In this document: positions 12,875 through 27,311 of the stretch, one piece after another | Layout of the letters: each line of letters opens with the position of its first letter | How positions within the stretch are numbered: position 1 is the first letter of the stretch | DNA from: Octopus bimaculoides | Taxonomy: Eukaryota | Assembly (NCBI RefSeq): GCF_001194135.2 | Contig: NC_068984.1 | Span: 51,920,190-51,978,349 of the forward strand | Direction of reading: 5' to 3' | Length of the DNA: 58,160 nucleotides | Position numbers and translations under genes: made by a program | The notes under the pieces: generated by a model | Databases searched by the model: none | What the model was told of the DNA's origin: nothing | What the model saw: only the letters and a program-made list of their open reading frames with translations

Positions 12875-15800
12875 ATAACTCTGAAATTTGAATTATTTAT
12901 TAAATTAATCTAAAAAATATTATTAGATTACATGAATGCAGTTTGTAAAGTTACCTCTTTATTTCTATACTATTTCTCATTTTCTCCCATAGCATCTTCC
13001 TGTTCTTGGCACCCTGTCTCTTAGTGAACAAGAGAAGTTGGTTATTGCTGATCTACTTTTCCTTTTAGAGGTATGTAAAGGAAAGAGTTTTTGATTTATT
13101 AACATTATATTCTGATATTGATTATATTGCAGTATTTAAGTTTGTTAAATACTTAATAAAAATGTATTTTACAATGCAATGATATGCTGATAATGCAGTG
13201 CCACCATTTGCTATCACATCCACCTGCTTTATCTCAACTGTCAATCATGCAAGCTGTGACTGAACTATGTTCGGTCATTTTTGCAACATTTTTGTTGAAA
13301 ACTGCATTTTCAAGAGTTTTGTAAAAGAAAAAAAAAGACAACAAAAAAAGCAATAAATTACTTACTTTTTACTTTTTTACTTGTTTCAGTCATTTGACTG
13401 TGGCTATGCTGGAGCACCGCCTTTAGTCGAGTAAATCGACCCCAGGACTTATTCTTTGGAAGCCTAGTACTTATTCTTTCGGTCTCTTTTGCCAAACCGC
13501 TAAGTTATGGGGACGTAAACACACCAGTATCGGTTGTCAAGCGATGTTGGGGGGACAAACACAGACACGCAAACATATACACACACATACATATATATAT
13601 ACATATATACGACGGGCTTCTTTCAGTTTCTGTCTACCAAATCCACTCACAATACTTTGGTCCACCCGAGGCTATAGTAGAAGACACTTGCCCAAGGTGC
13701 CACGCAGTGGGACTGAACTCGGAATCATGTGGTTGGTTAGCAAGCTACTTACCACACAGCCACTAAAATGAAAAATTTGTGAAAATTTTGATACCTTAAA
13801 TGTATTAGATGGCAGGTTTTGTATTATTTTGAAAGAACTTTAAACTGCAATAACCCCTGAAGTCAATGTCCAATATACATAATTTTTGTTTTTTACCATC
13901 TAAGTTTTCCAAATGTTCCTTCTATTTTAATTTTTTGGTGTGGTGTGCAACAACTAAAAATAATCTCTTTTTGTTATGCATTATCTATAATAGCTAAAGA
14001 TAATCTTATTCTAATGTTTGAAATTGTGTGATTTGTATTGAAATTATGGTGCTTTTAATTTTTCTTTAATTGGAGGTATTTATGGATCCAAATAAAAAAA
14101 ATTATCATTTACTTTTAGGGTGTAGAAGGCAATTACATTTTACCAAAGCCTCTAATAACTAAGTATAACAACAAAGAATTTATTGTTGATAGTAGCCTTG
14201 GTGAGTTGAAAACTTTTTTTCATAAATTTAGGGAAATAAGATGGTTAAAGATATTCTACTAATCATTTGTATTATTTTATGGTATGCTTAATGCTTTTAT
14301 AGAGTTATGTTTGGTTTGTGAAAATTCAGGTATCTTCGAGCAAATATACATCATTGGACTTCATTTTTTATGTTCTGTCAATATTTAGAACTCTGCCAGT
14401 GTTAAATATACATTAAAAAAAAATGGTTAAATGGGCAACAGGAATTAGTGGCATAATTGACACCTAAATGAAATCAGATGGTGTAATAATAAATCTTTTA
14501 TCTTTCACATATTTCTGTCACCTGACTGCAGCCATGCTGGGGCACCACCTTGAAGGGTTTCAGCTGGACAAATTGGCTCCAGGACTTTTTTTAAAAGCTT
14601 AGCACTTATTGTATTGGTTTCTTTTGCCGAACCACTAAGTTATGGGCATGTAAACATACCAACGCGTTATCAAGTGATGGTGGTGGGACAAACATAGACA
14701 TAAAGACATACATACATAAATATATATATATATATATATATAATGGGCTTCTTTCAGTTTCTGTCTACCACACTTATGAGGTTTGAGGCTTTAGTAGAAG
14801 GCACTTACCCAAGGTGCCACCCAGTAGGACTGAACCTGTAACCATGTGGTTGGGAAGCAATCTTCTTACCACACAGCTGCTCCTGTGAATATTGAGAAAT
14901 TAGGAGTATCATTGGCTTGTAGTACTCAAGGCAGTTGGCAAAATGTAAAATTAAGATGAAACTTCCAAGAGTGAAATCTATTGTAATTTGAGAGAGAGAG
15001 AGAGAGGGAGAGAATATTTCATCATAAGATAATTGTGATATTTTGACTTAAAAAATATTGTTTCTATTGGTTTATTTATAGATCCTTCTTTATCTGAGCT
15101 CACACAACGAATTCTTCCTTTGTGTTCATATTATTCCACGGTTGTTCGATTTATTGAAGGTAAAGAACTGATTTTTTCATTAAAGAACAGTATTTGGTTG
15201 CTACTATTGTGGCATGAAGATGCATGGCTAAGTGGTTAGGGTATTTGGCTAATGATTGTAAGGTCGTGAGTTCAATTCCCAGCGATGCATTGTGTCCTTG
15301 AACAAGACACTTTATTTCATGTTGCTCCAGTTCACTCAGCTGGCAAAAATGAGTAGTACCTGTATTTCAAAGGCCATTCTTGTCACACCCTGTGTCACAT
15401 TGAATCTCTTTGTGAACTACAATAAAGGTACACGTGTCTGTGGAGTGCTCAGCCACTTACATATTAATTTCACAAGTAGGCTGCTCCGTTGATCGGATCA
15501 ACTGGAATCCTCATCGTTGTAACCAATGGAGTGCCACTATTGTGGCAAATGATATTTTAGAGAGTTGTTATTAACCTATCAATATTCTAAAATCCATAGA
15601 TGCAGTAGAACTAGCAGAATCAGGCATTTAGTTATACCACTTTACATACAAATTGTACTGAATTTGAGTTTATGCTTCAACTTTGCTTGATTGATAAAAT
15701 AATTACCAATCAAATGTTAAGTCTGTATTACTTGAAGTGAGACCAGCATCATCACCATCGTTTTTACATCTGCTTTTTCCATGCTGGAATGGGTTGGACA

Positions 15801-18800
15801 AGACTTTGTTGAAGCAGTATGCTGATCCTATCACAAGCATTTACTTGTTTCCAAACGAAGTGCTTATTCCCCTGATCTTTATACAACAAACCACACAACA
15901 GCCAGATATGTATTAAAGGCAATCATAAACACTGACACTGTTTAAGTAGTGACATTATTTTATATTTTGAACAAGTAAAGAAAGTAAAGATGGAGCTGGG
16001 AAAACAAAAAAAAAAACAGTTTTCCATTTACATTTTTGGTGCCTTATATGCATAAAATCTGATTGACTATTGAAGCTGAAAGTTGAATCATTAATTAAGT
16101 TACCTTATTTATTCAAACAACAATAACCATTTACAGTTAATGAGGTTTTTATTTATTGTTTGAAAATCAGTTTATTTATACATTGTTGTTAAAGTTTCTT
16201 TTCTCTTTTTATTTTTAAAGAGAAATCAGCATACGAATATGGTTTAGTCAACCATGCATTGGCTGCTGCTATGCGGTCATTAATAAAAGTAAGTATGAAT
16301 GAATTATATTTCAACTGTATATTCTGTTTTGTTGATTTCCTTGAATTAGAAGAATAGAATATAAATTTGGTTTCATCATCATTGTTTAATGTTCGTTTTC
16401 TGTGCTGACATGGGTTGGCCAGTTTGACACAGAACTGGGCCAGCCAGAGAGCTGTCCAGGCTCAAATTGTCTGTTCTGGCATCGTTTCTACAGCTGGATG
16501 CCCTTCCTAACACCGACCACTTTACAGTGTGCTGAGTACATTTTACATAGCGCTGGCATGAGTGCATTTTATGTGGTACCGACATGAGTGCTTCTTATAT
16601 GGCACTGGCACAAGTGCATTTTACAGCACCAAGGAGAATGAGTGGGAGGCATGGCCATAAGGGACATGCCTGTATGTATGGATGGCCTCAATTTTACTCA
16701 GTTTAATGTGTCTTCAAGTACAGCAAAGCACCACAAGTCCTGGTTCCTTGTCATTTCCTCAGTGAGGCCCAGTGTCTGAAGATCCTTTCTCGCCACTTTG
16801 TCTCACATCTTCCTGGATCTACCCCTTCCCCAGGTTCTCTCCACAAATAGAGATCGGCAACTATGTTTGCTTTACTGTAGCATGAATACTAGCTGCTTGT
16901 TAAACAAAGATCTACTCAGTAATGTAGCTAACTTTGCATAACTTGAACTACTGAGGATAATTGCTACATGGTCTTTTGTTAAAAGTTGGATGGCCATACT
17001 GGAATATCATCATCATCATCGTTTAATGTCCGCTTTCCATGCTAGCATGGGTTGGACGATTTGACTGAGGACTGGTGAACCAGATGGCTACACCAGGCTC
17101 CAATCTGATTTGGCAGAGTTTCTACAGCTGGATGCCCTTCCTAACACCAACCACTCCGAGAGTGTAGTGGGTGCTTTTACGTGCCACTGGTACGAAGGCC
17201 AATCAGGCGGTACTGGCAACGGCCACGCTCAAAATAGTGTATTTTATGTGCCACCTGCACAAGAGCCAGTCCAGGGGCACTGGCAACGATCTCGCTCGAA
17301 AGTCCTTACACATGCCACGGGCATAAGTGCCAGAAAGGCGATGCTGGGCACAGGTGCCATCCCGATTTCGCTTTTGCTTTCCCCAATAAGTCTTCACAAG
17401 CTGAGTTTCGTGTCCAATGAAGGAGACAACGTTGGCATGGGTGCCAGTCATTGAATTTAGTTCGGTTTCGATTTCACTTGCCTCAACAGGTCTTCATAAG
17501 TGGAGTTTAGTGTCCAATGAAGGAAAGGTACGCATAAGTGGGCTGGCTACACCCCTGGCAGAGGCCTTGGATTTAGGTCTCACTTGGCTTGCCGTGTTTT
17601 CTCACACACAGCATATTTCCATAGGTCTCGGTCAGGAGTCATCGCCTCGGTGAGGCCCAATGTTCGAAGGTCTTGCCTCACCACCTCAGCTCAGGTCTTC
17701 CTGGGCCTACCTCTTCCACAGGTTTCCTCAACTGTTAGGGTGTCGCACTTTTTCACACAGCTATCCTTGTCCATTCTTACCACATGTCCATACCAATGCT
17801 AATATTAAGGATGAGGTGATCACAGGTGGAAGTTATTTTATCATAAAGTAAAAAAAAAGACCCCCTTAGATCATGAATGACCATGGGATTGCACCTAGAA
17901 AGTTCCCCTCCGAGGTACGAGCTTGGGCAAAGTTATTTATGGAAGACTAGCAGTTGCCCATGCATACCAGCCTCCCTTCTCCATGCCACCAATGTTATTC
18001 ATGGGAAAGGCAAATGAACTCATTTCTCCAGCTGAGTGAAGTGGAACAATGTGAAATAAAGTGTCTTGCTCAAGAACACAACACACAACTCTCATGATTG
18101 TGAGCTCGACACTCTAATCACTTTTATCATAGATTTGTTTAATTGGTGAGTTCTTTTCTAAATGTGTGTAAATATTGGGAAGGGTTTTTAACCCAATATT
18201 TACATGCTGTTATTTAAAGCTTTGAGTTCCACCATTAGAAACGAATTATACGTACATACATATTATCAAATGCACATAGGTGCAGGTTTGGCTCAGTGGT
18301 AAGAAGTTTGCTTCCCAACCACATGGTTCTGGGTTCATTCCCACTGTGTGGAACCTTGGGCAAGTGTCTTCTATTATAGCCTTGGGCTGACCAAAACCTT
18401 GTGAGTGGATTGAGCAGATGTAAACTATGTGTGTATGTGTCTTTATGTTGGTGTTTATCCCCACCACTTGACAATCAGTGTTGGTGTGTTTATGCCCCTG
18501 TAACTTAGTGGTTCAGCAAACGAGATCGATGGAATAAGTACCAGGCTTGAATATCGAAATTGAAATTGTAATTGAATCAAATTTGATGACTGGCACCTAT
18601 GCCAGTGGAGCACTAACAGCACCGTCTGAGCATAATCATTGCTATAGCAGCTGTCTGGCAGTGGCATGTAAAAAGCACCATTTGAGCATGATCGTTACCA
18701 GTGTTGCCTTACAGCACTTGTGCCGGTGGCACGTGAAAAAACATTCGAGCGAGGTTGTTGCCAGTGCTGCTGGACTGGCTCCGATGCAGATGACATGTAA

Positions 18801-21800
18801 AAAACACCATTTTGAGCGTGGCTGTTGCCAGTACTGCCTGGCTGGCCCTTGTGCCGGTGGCACGTAAAAGCACCCACTACACTCTCGGAGTGGTTGGCGT
18901 TAGGAAGGGCATCCAGCTGTAGAAACTCTGCCAGATTAGATTGGAGCCTGGTGCAGCCATCTGGTTCGCCAGTCCTCAGTCAAATCGTCCAACCCATGCT
19001 AGCAAGGAAAGCGAACGTTAAACGATGATGATGATGATATATATCTTAGAGTATCTTCTCCCTACTTGAAATATTACCATCACTTGTCTTTTACACCAAT
19101 GCAGTGTACTGTCTTAGCATAAGTTCCTTATCCATGTCTTTCCTATACACTTAATACTATAATTATGACAAACATTAACTAGCACCTTGCTGTATATGTG
19201 GTTAGGTCCTGCTCACCATAATTATATATACACTTGATCTCAGTCTTCTCTAAATGATCTTCCTTCAGTATGAAATCTTGGTGCTAATTGTCTTCTATTG
19301 GTATTTATTTCAGGATTATAATCTCCTTGTGGCTCAGCTGGAGCATGAAAACCGCCAGGTTTGTACAGCTTCATGCTTTAATAGTTTCCTATTTCAGAAT
19401 GTTTTCAGTTAGTAAAAGTTTTCACGTTTATTTTATTTTGCTGATAAGAATTATTTTATAAACATTAGTAACATTGTAATTAAATTAATTACTGTTTGAT
19501 TGTAACTTACTTGACAATTGTTACTAGTGCTTGTTTGAAACTTACAATACGTATTACTGTGATACAATATGAGCTTGTGTTTAACCATATCTAGCCCACA
19601 TTTCATCTGTTTAATGTTCAAAGTGGCTAGATCTGTCATTTCACACCTACCCTACTATGTCATTCTAAAAAGAAACAATTACATCATCAAAATCGCAAAA
19701 TAAACATTGCATTTGACAGAGGAACCTGAATGTTAAAGGGTTAAAGAAGTTTGTATCATGATTTTATTAACTTAAAATGTTTTTATATGGTTGACTGAGA
19801 CCTTTGGAAATATGCTGTGCGTGAGAAAACACGGCAAGCCAAGTGAGACCTAAATCCAAGGCCTCTGCCAGGGGTGTAGCCAGCCCACTTATGCGTACCT
19901 TTCCTTCATTGGACACTAAACTCCGCTTATGAAGACCTGTTGAGGCAAGTGAAATCGAAACCGAACTAAATTCGATGACTGGCACCCATGCCAACGTTGT
20001 CTCCTTCATTGGACATGAAACTCAGCTTGCAAAGACTTATTGAGTGTGGCCGTTGCCAGTACTGTGTGACTGGCCTCGTGCAGGTGGCACGTAAAAGTAC
20101 CCACTACACTCAGTAGTTGGTGTTAGGAAGGGCATCCAGCTGTAGAAACTCTGCCAAATCAGATTGGAGCCTGGTGTAGCCATCCGGTTTCATCAGTCCT
20201 CAGTCAAATCGTCCAACCCATGCTAGCATGGAAAGCGGACGTTAAACGATGATGATGATGATGATGATGATGATGGTTCAGTCACAAAGAAGGAGCAGTG
20301 TCTATGATCCATGCTGTTCTGCATTTGGTGAACCTGTTTCAGTTGATATTCAGGTGACCTTTATTAATCAATGTCTGCAGAAAAATCATGGACATGGAAG
20401 AACAATTGGATATTGAGCTTGTGGGGTGGTGGTGGTTAGGGTTGAGACATAGTATAAGGACAATGAGAGAAAGAGTAGTGCATCAAGTAAGCTTGGGTGG
20501 AGTGGTATGACACTATCTGGTTCAGAGGAGCAAAGACTGTTGAGTAATGATAAAATAAAAAGACTGAGATAGCATGTCTGTAGGCCATAGGCTGTGGTGT
20601 ATTGGTAAATGAATTGTTGCCAATCAATTGAACAGCCTTTTGTCTGTGTGTCAGCAGCAGTGTCTCAGATATAGAAGTCCTCCATTGTGAGTCTAACTAG
20701 GAAGTCAGCAACTGGAGATGCAGTTTTTGCCATGTTAAGTAAATGAAGTATAAAGTAAGGACATAATGCTATGGTTCTGACATATTTTGAACTTATTGTC
20801 TACACATAGGCGCGGGAATGGCTGTGTAGTAAGTAGCTTGCTTACCAACCACATGGTTCTGGGTTCAGTCCCACTGCGTGGCACCTTGGGCAAGTGTCTT
20901 CTACTATAGCCTCGGGCCGACCAGAGCCTTGTGAGTGGATTTGGTAGACGGAAACTGAAAGAAGCCCGTCGTGTATATGTATGTGTGTGTATATGTTTGT
21001 GTGTCTGTGTTTGTCCCCCCAACATCGCTTGACAACCGATGCTGGTGTGTTTACGTCCCCATAACTTAGCGGTTCGGCAAAAGAGACCGATAGAATAAAT
21101 ACTAGGCTTCCAAAGAATAAGTCCTGGGGTCGATTTGCTCGACTAAAGGCGGTGCTCCAGCATGGCCACAGTCAAATGACTGAAACAAGTAAAAGAGAGT
21201 AAGAGTATATGTAGCACCACATATCTTCAGTCATTCAACTCCTTGTCTTTCAGGAACAATGATTTCTTGTTTCTTATTTACCCCCAATGTTATGACTAAA
21301 GATATTCCTAAAAAATGTGTTGTGGCTCTTACACTTCTGGGTAATACTTAGACCAGTGGTTCTCTATCAAGGTCCATACGGTTCTGGGTGGGGCGGTTTC
21401 ATATAAGACTTTGTTGTTAAAATTTATGTGTAATAAATTACTTATACTTCTACAATATTTAAATTTTTTTTTAATAATTCCTAATAATATTTAAACAATA
21501 AATATATAGTAGGAATTTTTTATACACATCGAATGACTATGGTAGTCCAGTAGAGTAAAATGGGAGTCAATGGAGTTCATAGGCAAAACATGGTTGAGAG
21601 TCACTGCTCTAGACTAAAGCACTTGCATTCCAACTATGACTGTCCTGTCATTTTAGTAGCATCTACAACAACATTATCCAATGTGTCCTTCCTTTTTAAA
21701 ATGATAAGGTGTGCCTTGACAGATTTGGATGCTGTTTCTTCAAAAGTTGAGCAACAACATAGAAGCTCTCTCATTGGTTCATGGATTAACATCTGTTTCC

Positions 21801-24800
21801 TGTCATGCTTGTCCATAGTGACAGCTACAGTTAAATTTCCTTGACATCTAGTAAATGTTGGTCAATTGTTTTAGGTTATCTGCTTAGCTAAAATCAGTTA
21901 CTAGTACTGACTGTAAAACTGTATCAAAACAGGATAATGCCACAGAATATATTTTACTGTTTGTCCTCCTATTTGCCAATGTAAGCAATCATCCTCATTA
22001 TCAATTACCAAAAATGGCAGCAGTTGTGTTAAATTGAAGCAGATTGCTGAAATAACAGGGTATAACGTGAAGGTGATAAAAAGATTCTGATTAGTTTAGG
22101 GTTATTTGTTATAGATTGATTTGTAAACTCTCTTGTCAAACATTGTGTTTTGTGTAAGCTAAGATGCTTTATGATGTTTATTCCAGCATTTAAAGTTTTT
22201 TATTTGTAAGCTGATGGGTTTTACTCTGCACTAATTTTATTAAAGTAAATGTACTTACCATCTGGGGCCCTCAGTAAAGATCCATACAATCCCTTGAAGG
22301 GACTGTGTGGGCTAGTGGGATATCTCAAGCTGTACATGCAACTACAAAGTTAGTGTGACCCAATTGAGAAATTGGAGTGACTGGAGGTGGGGTGCTATGA
22401 TAGCTATGTGAAGACATGGAGAGAGTGCATTCATAAAATAACAATGTCAGTAAAATTATGACACCCATAATATTTATTTTTTACTGATTAAATCACTGTT
22501 TATGCTTCTTTTCTTGTGTGTGACTAATAAAATAGTTAAACTATTAAACCTTTGACTTTTTATATTTGTTCTGTTGCAGGGTCGGTTAGCACTCCAGAAG
22601 TTGTGGTTTTATTTACAACCAACAATAAAGACACTTGAGATCCTTGCTTCCATTTCAAACTCAATTAACAATGTAAGTTTTACTAAGCTGCATTTTTTTC
22701 ATTATCACCATCATTAAACATCTTGATTATTTTATCAAGAGGGACCTCGTATATAGTCAACAAATTAACTTAATGAAGAAGCACAATGTAGAACCTTGAT
22801 GTGACCTGAAGAATAAAAAATCTAACATTCTAATTGAGTAGAGTCTCTCATCTACATCTATATGTTTTTACTTTAATTAAGAATTAACTGCTAATTTTTT
22901 AATGTAAAGTGATATGAGACATCATAAAAAATCAATCTAAGGCAGAAAAGAGAAATCCTACTGATTGGACTAGAATCATGTGTTTATCCTAGTATCATAT
23001 TATTTTGTGAAGTTAGAATGGAGTTAAACTAAATACTGTTATTCATGACTGCTATTTTGAGATGGTATGGTTGGCACTCTAGTGTAACTGGTGATACACT
23101 CACTTTGCAAGCAATAGGTTACATTGCTTCCACTTGTTTGTCTTTTCTTTCTTGGATTAGCACTTACAATATGTAGGTTTTTTTATTTTTTAAGATTCAC
23201 TTTTTTCTCTCAGTGGATAAAGAAGAAAAGGCTGCACTTCCTGATGAAGAGGATTGGACTCTGCAAGAGTCCTGTGTTGGTGCCATGTAAAAAGCATTCA
23301 TGTAGCACTTGTGCCAGTTCCACATTAAAAGCACCCAACACATATATAAAGTGGTTGTGTTAGGAAGAGCATTCGGCCATAGAAACCAAGCCAAATCAGG
23401 CTGGAAATTGGTGCAGCTCTCTAGCTTGCCAGCTCTGGTCAAACTGTCCAACCCATGCCAGCATGGAAAACGGACACTAAATAATGACAATGGTGAAGAT
23501 GATGATGATTAACGGTTTATAACTCTAGCAAACTTCAGTGAAAACATGATTGTTGTTATGTGATGTGACAGTATTTTTCAATATCCAGTTGGATCTATTT
23601 CTCACTCTTTTTAATGCCTTAAGAGGATGCATGAACATCACAACTTCTTGTTTCCACATGCCTATGACTGTTAATCTGCATGAATGTTATAGAGCAACAA
23701 CAGCAGCAGCAGCAGATTTCAGTGTTTCGGCCACTTGTCTATAAAGGATTACATTATAAGTAAATTTTATGGATTAGAAGTTTCTTTATTGACTTCACAT
23801 TTCATTATATGGTGGTAGTATTCTCTCAAGGTGGAGTGGCTACTACAGTGAATGGCACTGGCCATTCTCCATGCCAATGCCATCACAGTCATTACCGCAG
23901 GGCATGGTTGAGCACCCCGTGGCCCATCACTCCTCCTCCTCCTTCTTCTTCAGCAGCTTTGTACTCCATACTTTTTTCTTTTCTCTTTCTTTCTTTTCCT
24001 TTCTCATCTTTCTTCTTTTCTTGTTTCTTTGTATCTGTGTGAATCTTTCAAATTCAACATAAACAAACTGTCCCCCCCCCCCCCGAGCCAAATTCTAATT
24101 TGGCTCAATAACTTAGTAATCATAAGAGGTCTAAAATAGATGAAGACTTCACAATCTACATGCAGCTACCTTCTTATACTGAAATTTCTTCCTAGAATAC
24201 AGATTTTAATATTCAGTGACCCATCAAACCAAAGCCATAAAAATGCTCAATGTGACTGGTATAGTTCACAACTGCAGACAGTGTATGCAGAATTGGTAAT
24301 TGGTTCATTAGTGTGCAGTGCTGAACTCAAATCTTCCTATAGACATGAAGAATGAAATGGAAAATTTGTTAATTTTCCTTAGAAATTTTCAGATAGATTG
24401 GTTCAGTGTTTCTCATTCATTTTTTTTTTTTACTTATGGAACCCTTGGATTCCAAATCATTAGAAATACAGCATAGCTAGAAACATTTCTGTTGTATTTC
24501 TTTCTTTCATTAAAACAATGAGTTCCATGACTTTTGTTGCAGGGAAAATGTATTGGAGATGCTGTGCTAACACTTCTGCATGAAATGACATCAGGTTTTG
24601 CAGGGTATGTCTATAAATTTTTACTATACTGACAAATGTTTGCAGGTCTCATCATGTTCTTTTGCTGTATTTATTAAGTTATTGTCTGTAGTAATAGGCT
24701 TTTTTAAATAAAAGTAATAGGACAACTCAGATATCAATATTGTTATCCTATACATATATATATATATATATATGTATACATATATATNNNNNNNNNNNNN

Positions 24801-26157
24801 NNNNNNNNNNNNNNNNNNNNNNNNNNNNNNNNNNNNNNNNNNNNNNNNNNNNNNNNNNNNNNNNNNNNNNNNNNNNNNNNNNNNNNNNNNGGGTTGGACA
24901 AAATAATGGAAACACCTAGCATCATAAATTTGAAATATCTATAAAACCATCAAAAGCTTGTTTATTTTTATGTTTTGGATTTATTATTAGTGTTGCTTAA
25001 TATGTTTTGCTAAAATTGCTGTCTCTTTTCAGATATGATCAGAAAAAGGTAATTAAAATTTATTAAAATGATAGATCTATCGGACTTTCAAAGAGGTCAA
25101 ATTGTTGTTGCTTGTATGGCAGGTGCTAGCGTAATGAAAACAGCTAAAATGTTTGGTGTATCAAGAAGTACTGTCTCGAAAGTAATGACAGCCTTTGAGA
25201 GAGGGAAAAACCTCCTCATCGAAACAAAACTCCGGAAGAAAACCAAAACTTTCTGACAAGACCCATCGGACTCTTACACAAATTGTTAGAAAGGATCACA
25301 AAAGTAAAATTCCCAAAATTACTGCAGAGCTTAATGACTGCCTCAAGAATCCCGTTTCCACAAAAACTGTTTGCTGGGAGCTGCACAAAGCTGGATTTCA
25401 CAGGAGGGCTGCAATCAGAAAAACATTACTTTCAAATACAAACATTGCAAAGCATTTAAATTGTAGTAAAAACCTACAGAATTTGTCTCTAGAGCAGTGG
25501 AAGAATGTTATTTCCTCAGACGAGTCATCCTTTACCCTATTTCCAACCACCAGCCGAGTATACACGTGGAGACAGCCAAAAGAAGCATTTGATCCAGATG
25601 CTTTCTTCCAACTGTTAAACATGGAGGAGGATCTGCGATGATCTTTGGGGAGGGGGACTATATCTTGGAAATCCGCCGGCTCAATGGTTTCTCATCATGG
25701 CAGAATTAATTGTTAAGACTATTTAAGCATTTTATCTGATCAAATTCATCCTGTGGTTGTGGAACTATTTCTGGAGGGAAACACAATCTTTCAGGATGAT
25801 AATGCAGCAATTCATGCAGCTAAAGTGGTTACTGAATGGCACGAGGAACATTCTAATGAAGTGGAACATCTTATTTGGCCACCACAGTCCCCAGATCTCA
25901 ATATTATTGAACATTTATGGTGCATTTTAGAAAATCAAGTAAGGAGTCGATATCCTCTGCCATCATCACTACAAGAACTAGAGACTGTTTTAGCTGAAGA
26001 ATGGACAAAAATTCCTTTGGAAACAATTCAAACTTTGTACGAGTCCATACCTTGTCGAATTCAAGCTATAATTACTGCCAAAGGCGGTCCTACCTCATAT
26101 TAAAATAAATTTGTTTGAAATTTTAAGGTGTGTCCATTATTTTGTCCAACCCCTGTA

Positions 26158-26190
<33 letters not shown>

Positions 26191-27177
26191 TATATATATG
26201 TATTTGTGTGGATATAAAGAGAAATTACAGGATGCTGGAAAGAGGGCAAGTAGATGTGTGCTTTGCTCAAGAGCTAAATTGGAAGGAAACATGATGTAGT
26301 GGCGCAAAATTATAGCCGCCATTGAGGAAGTACTATCTGCACATGCGCAAGGGACTTGCCTTTCTGAAAGCCCCTTGTGTGCGCATGTGTAGTAAAACTA
26401 GTACTTAAAGAGTTTGTTTCACTTTGTAAGCAGTTTAGCGAGAGACCTTCGACGTGACAACACCTCGCTCCTCAATGAAGCACTCTTCACCACGATGCTA
26501 TCGATATGATAGCTATTTGCTCCTCTGGCATGCATCAAGGAAGCTCNNNNNNNNNNTCGATATGATAGCTATTTGCTCCTCTGGCATGCATCAAGGAAGC
26601 TCTTAATCTTCCAATACCGATTACAAATCAATCAGCGGCTGCTAAGCTGAGTGACACAGGACTTGTAAAACCAAGCATCATCATAAATAAACCTTATTTT
26701 TATTATGTTGTTAATCGTTCTACTGTTCCTTAATATATAATTATGTTGAAAGGTGATAGAGAGAGACTAATATCTCTATTACAACTATCAACCATTTACA
26801 ATGACAAGGCAGATTGTATGATGTATGTGTCCAGAGTTGAATATAGTATACATGGGTACTGAATATGAGTGGTGTACAATGAAAAAACGAAGTGAAAGTA
26901 CTTTGATGGATATGTAATGCTTGGGGACAGCAAAATGAATATAGAAAAACATCCAGATGTAGTATGCAAAAGAGCTGACCGAGCTGGTATGTGGAACTTA
27001 TAGAGGATGACAGCTGGATAAAGAAGTCCCAAGTGATTTAAGTGTGTATGTATCTATGTGTGTGTGTGTGTATGTATATATCTATATATTTATGTATATG
27101 TATGTATTATATTTATGTATATATATTTATATATGTATGTATTTATGTAAATATATATATATATGTGTGTATTTATG

Positions 27178-27212
<35 letters not shown>

Positions 27213-27279
27213 ATTTATGTTTATATACATGTATGTATATATAGATGCATGTGTATATATGTATGTGTGTATATATATG

Positions 27280-27311
<32 letters not shown>

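Noticed and set aside
11502-12878. Long ORFs of 458, 443, 147 and 131 aa, and similar MYIYVC-type ORFs
   Set aside because: Translations of (TA/TG) microsatellites running through N gaps; not genes.
10714-20274. Repeated conserved blocks separated by variable DNA, considered as a CRISPR-like or programmed array
   Set aside because: Irregular spacing, both orientations and LINE tails show they are dispersed RTE copies.
20808-20890. tRNA-like A/B boxes in several repeats
   Set aside because: These are SINE heads without a complete cloverleaf; not tRNA genes.
26497-26602. Apparent tandem duplication of about 46 bp either side of a 10-N gap
   Set aside because: Identical sequence flanking a minimal gap is the signature of overlapping contig ends, i.e. 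an assembly artefact.
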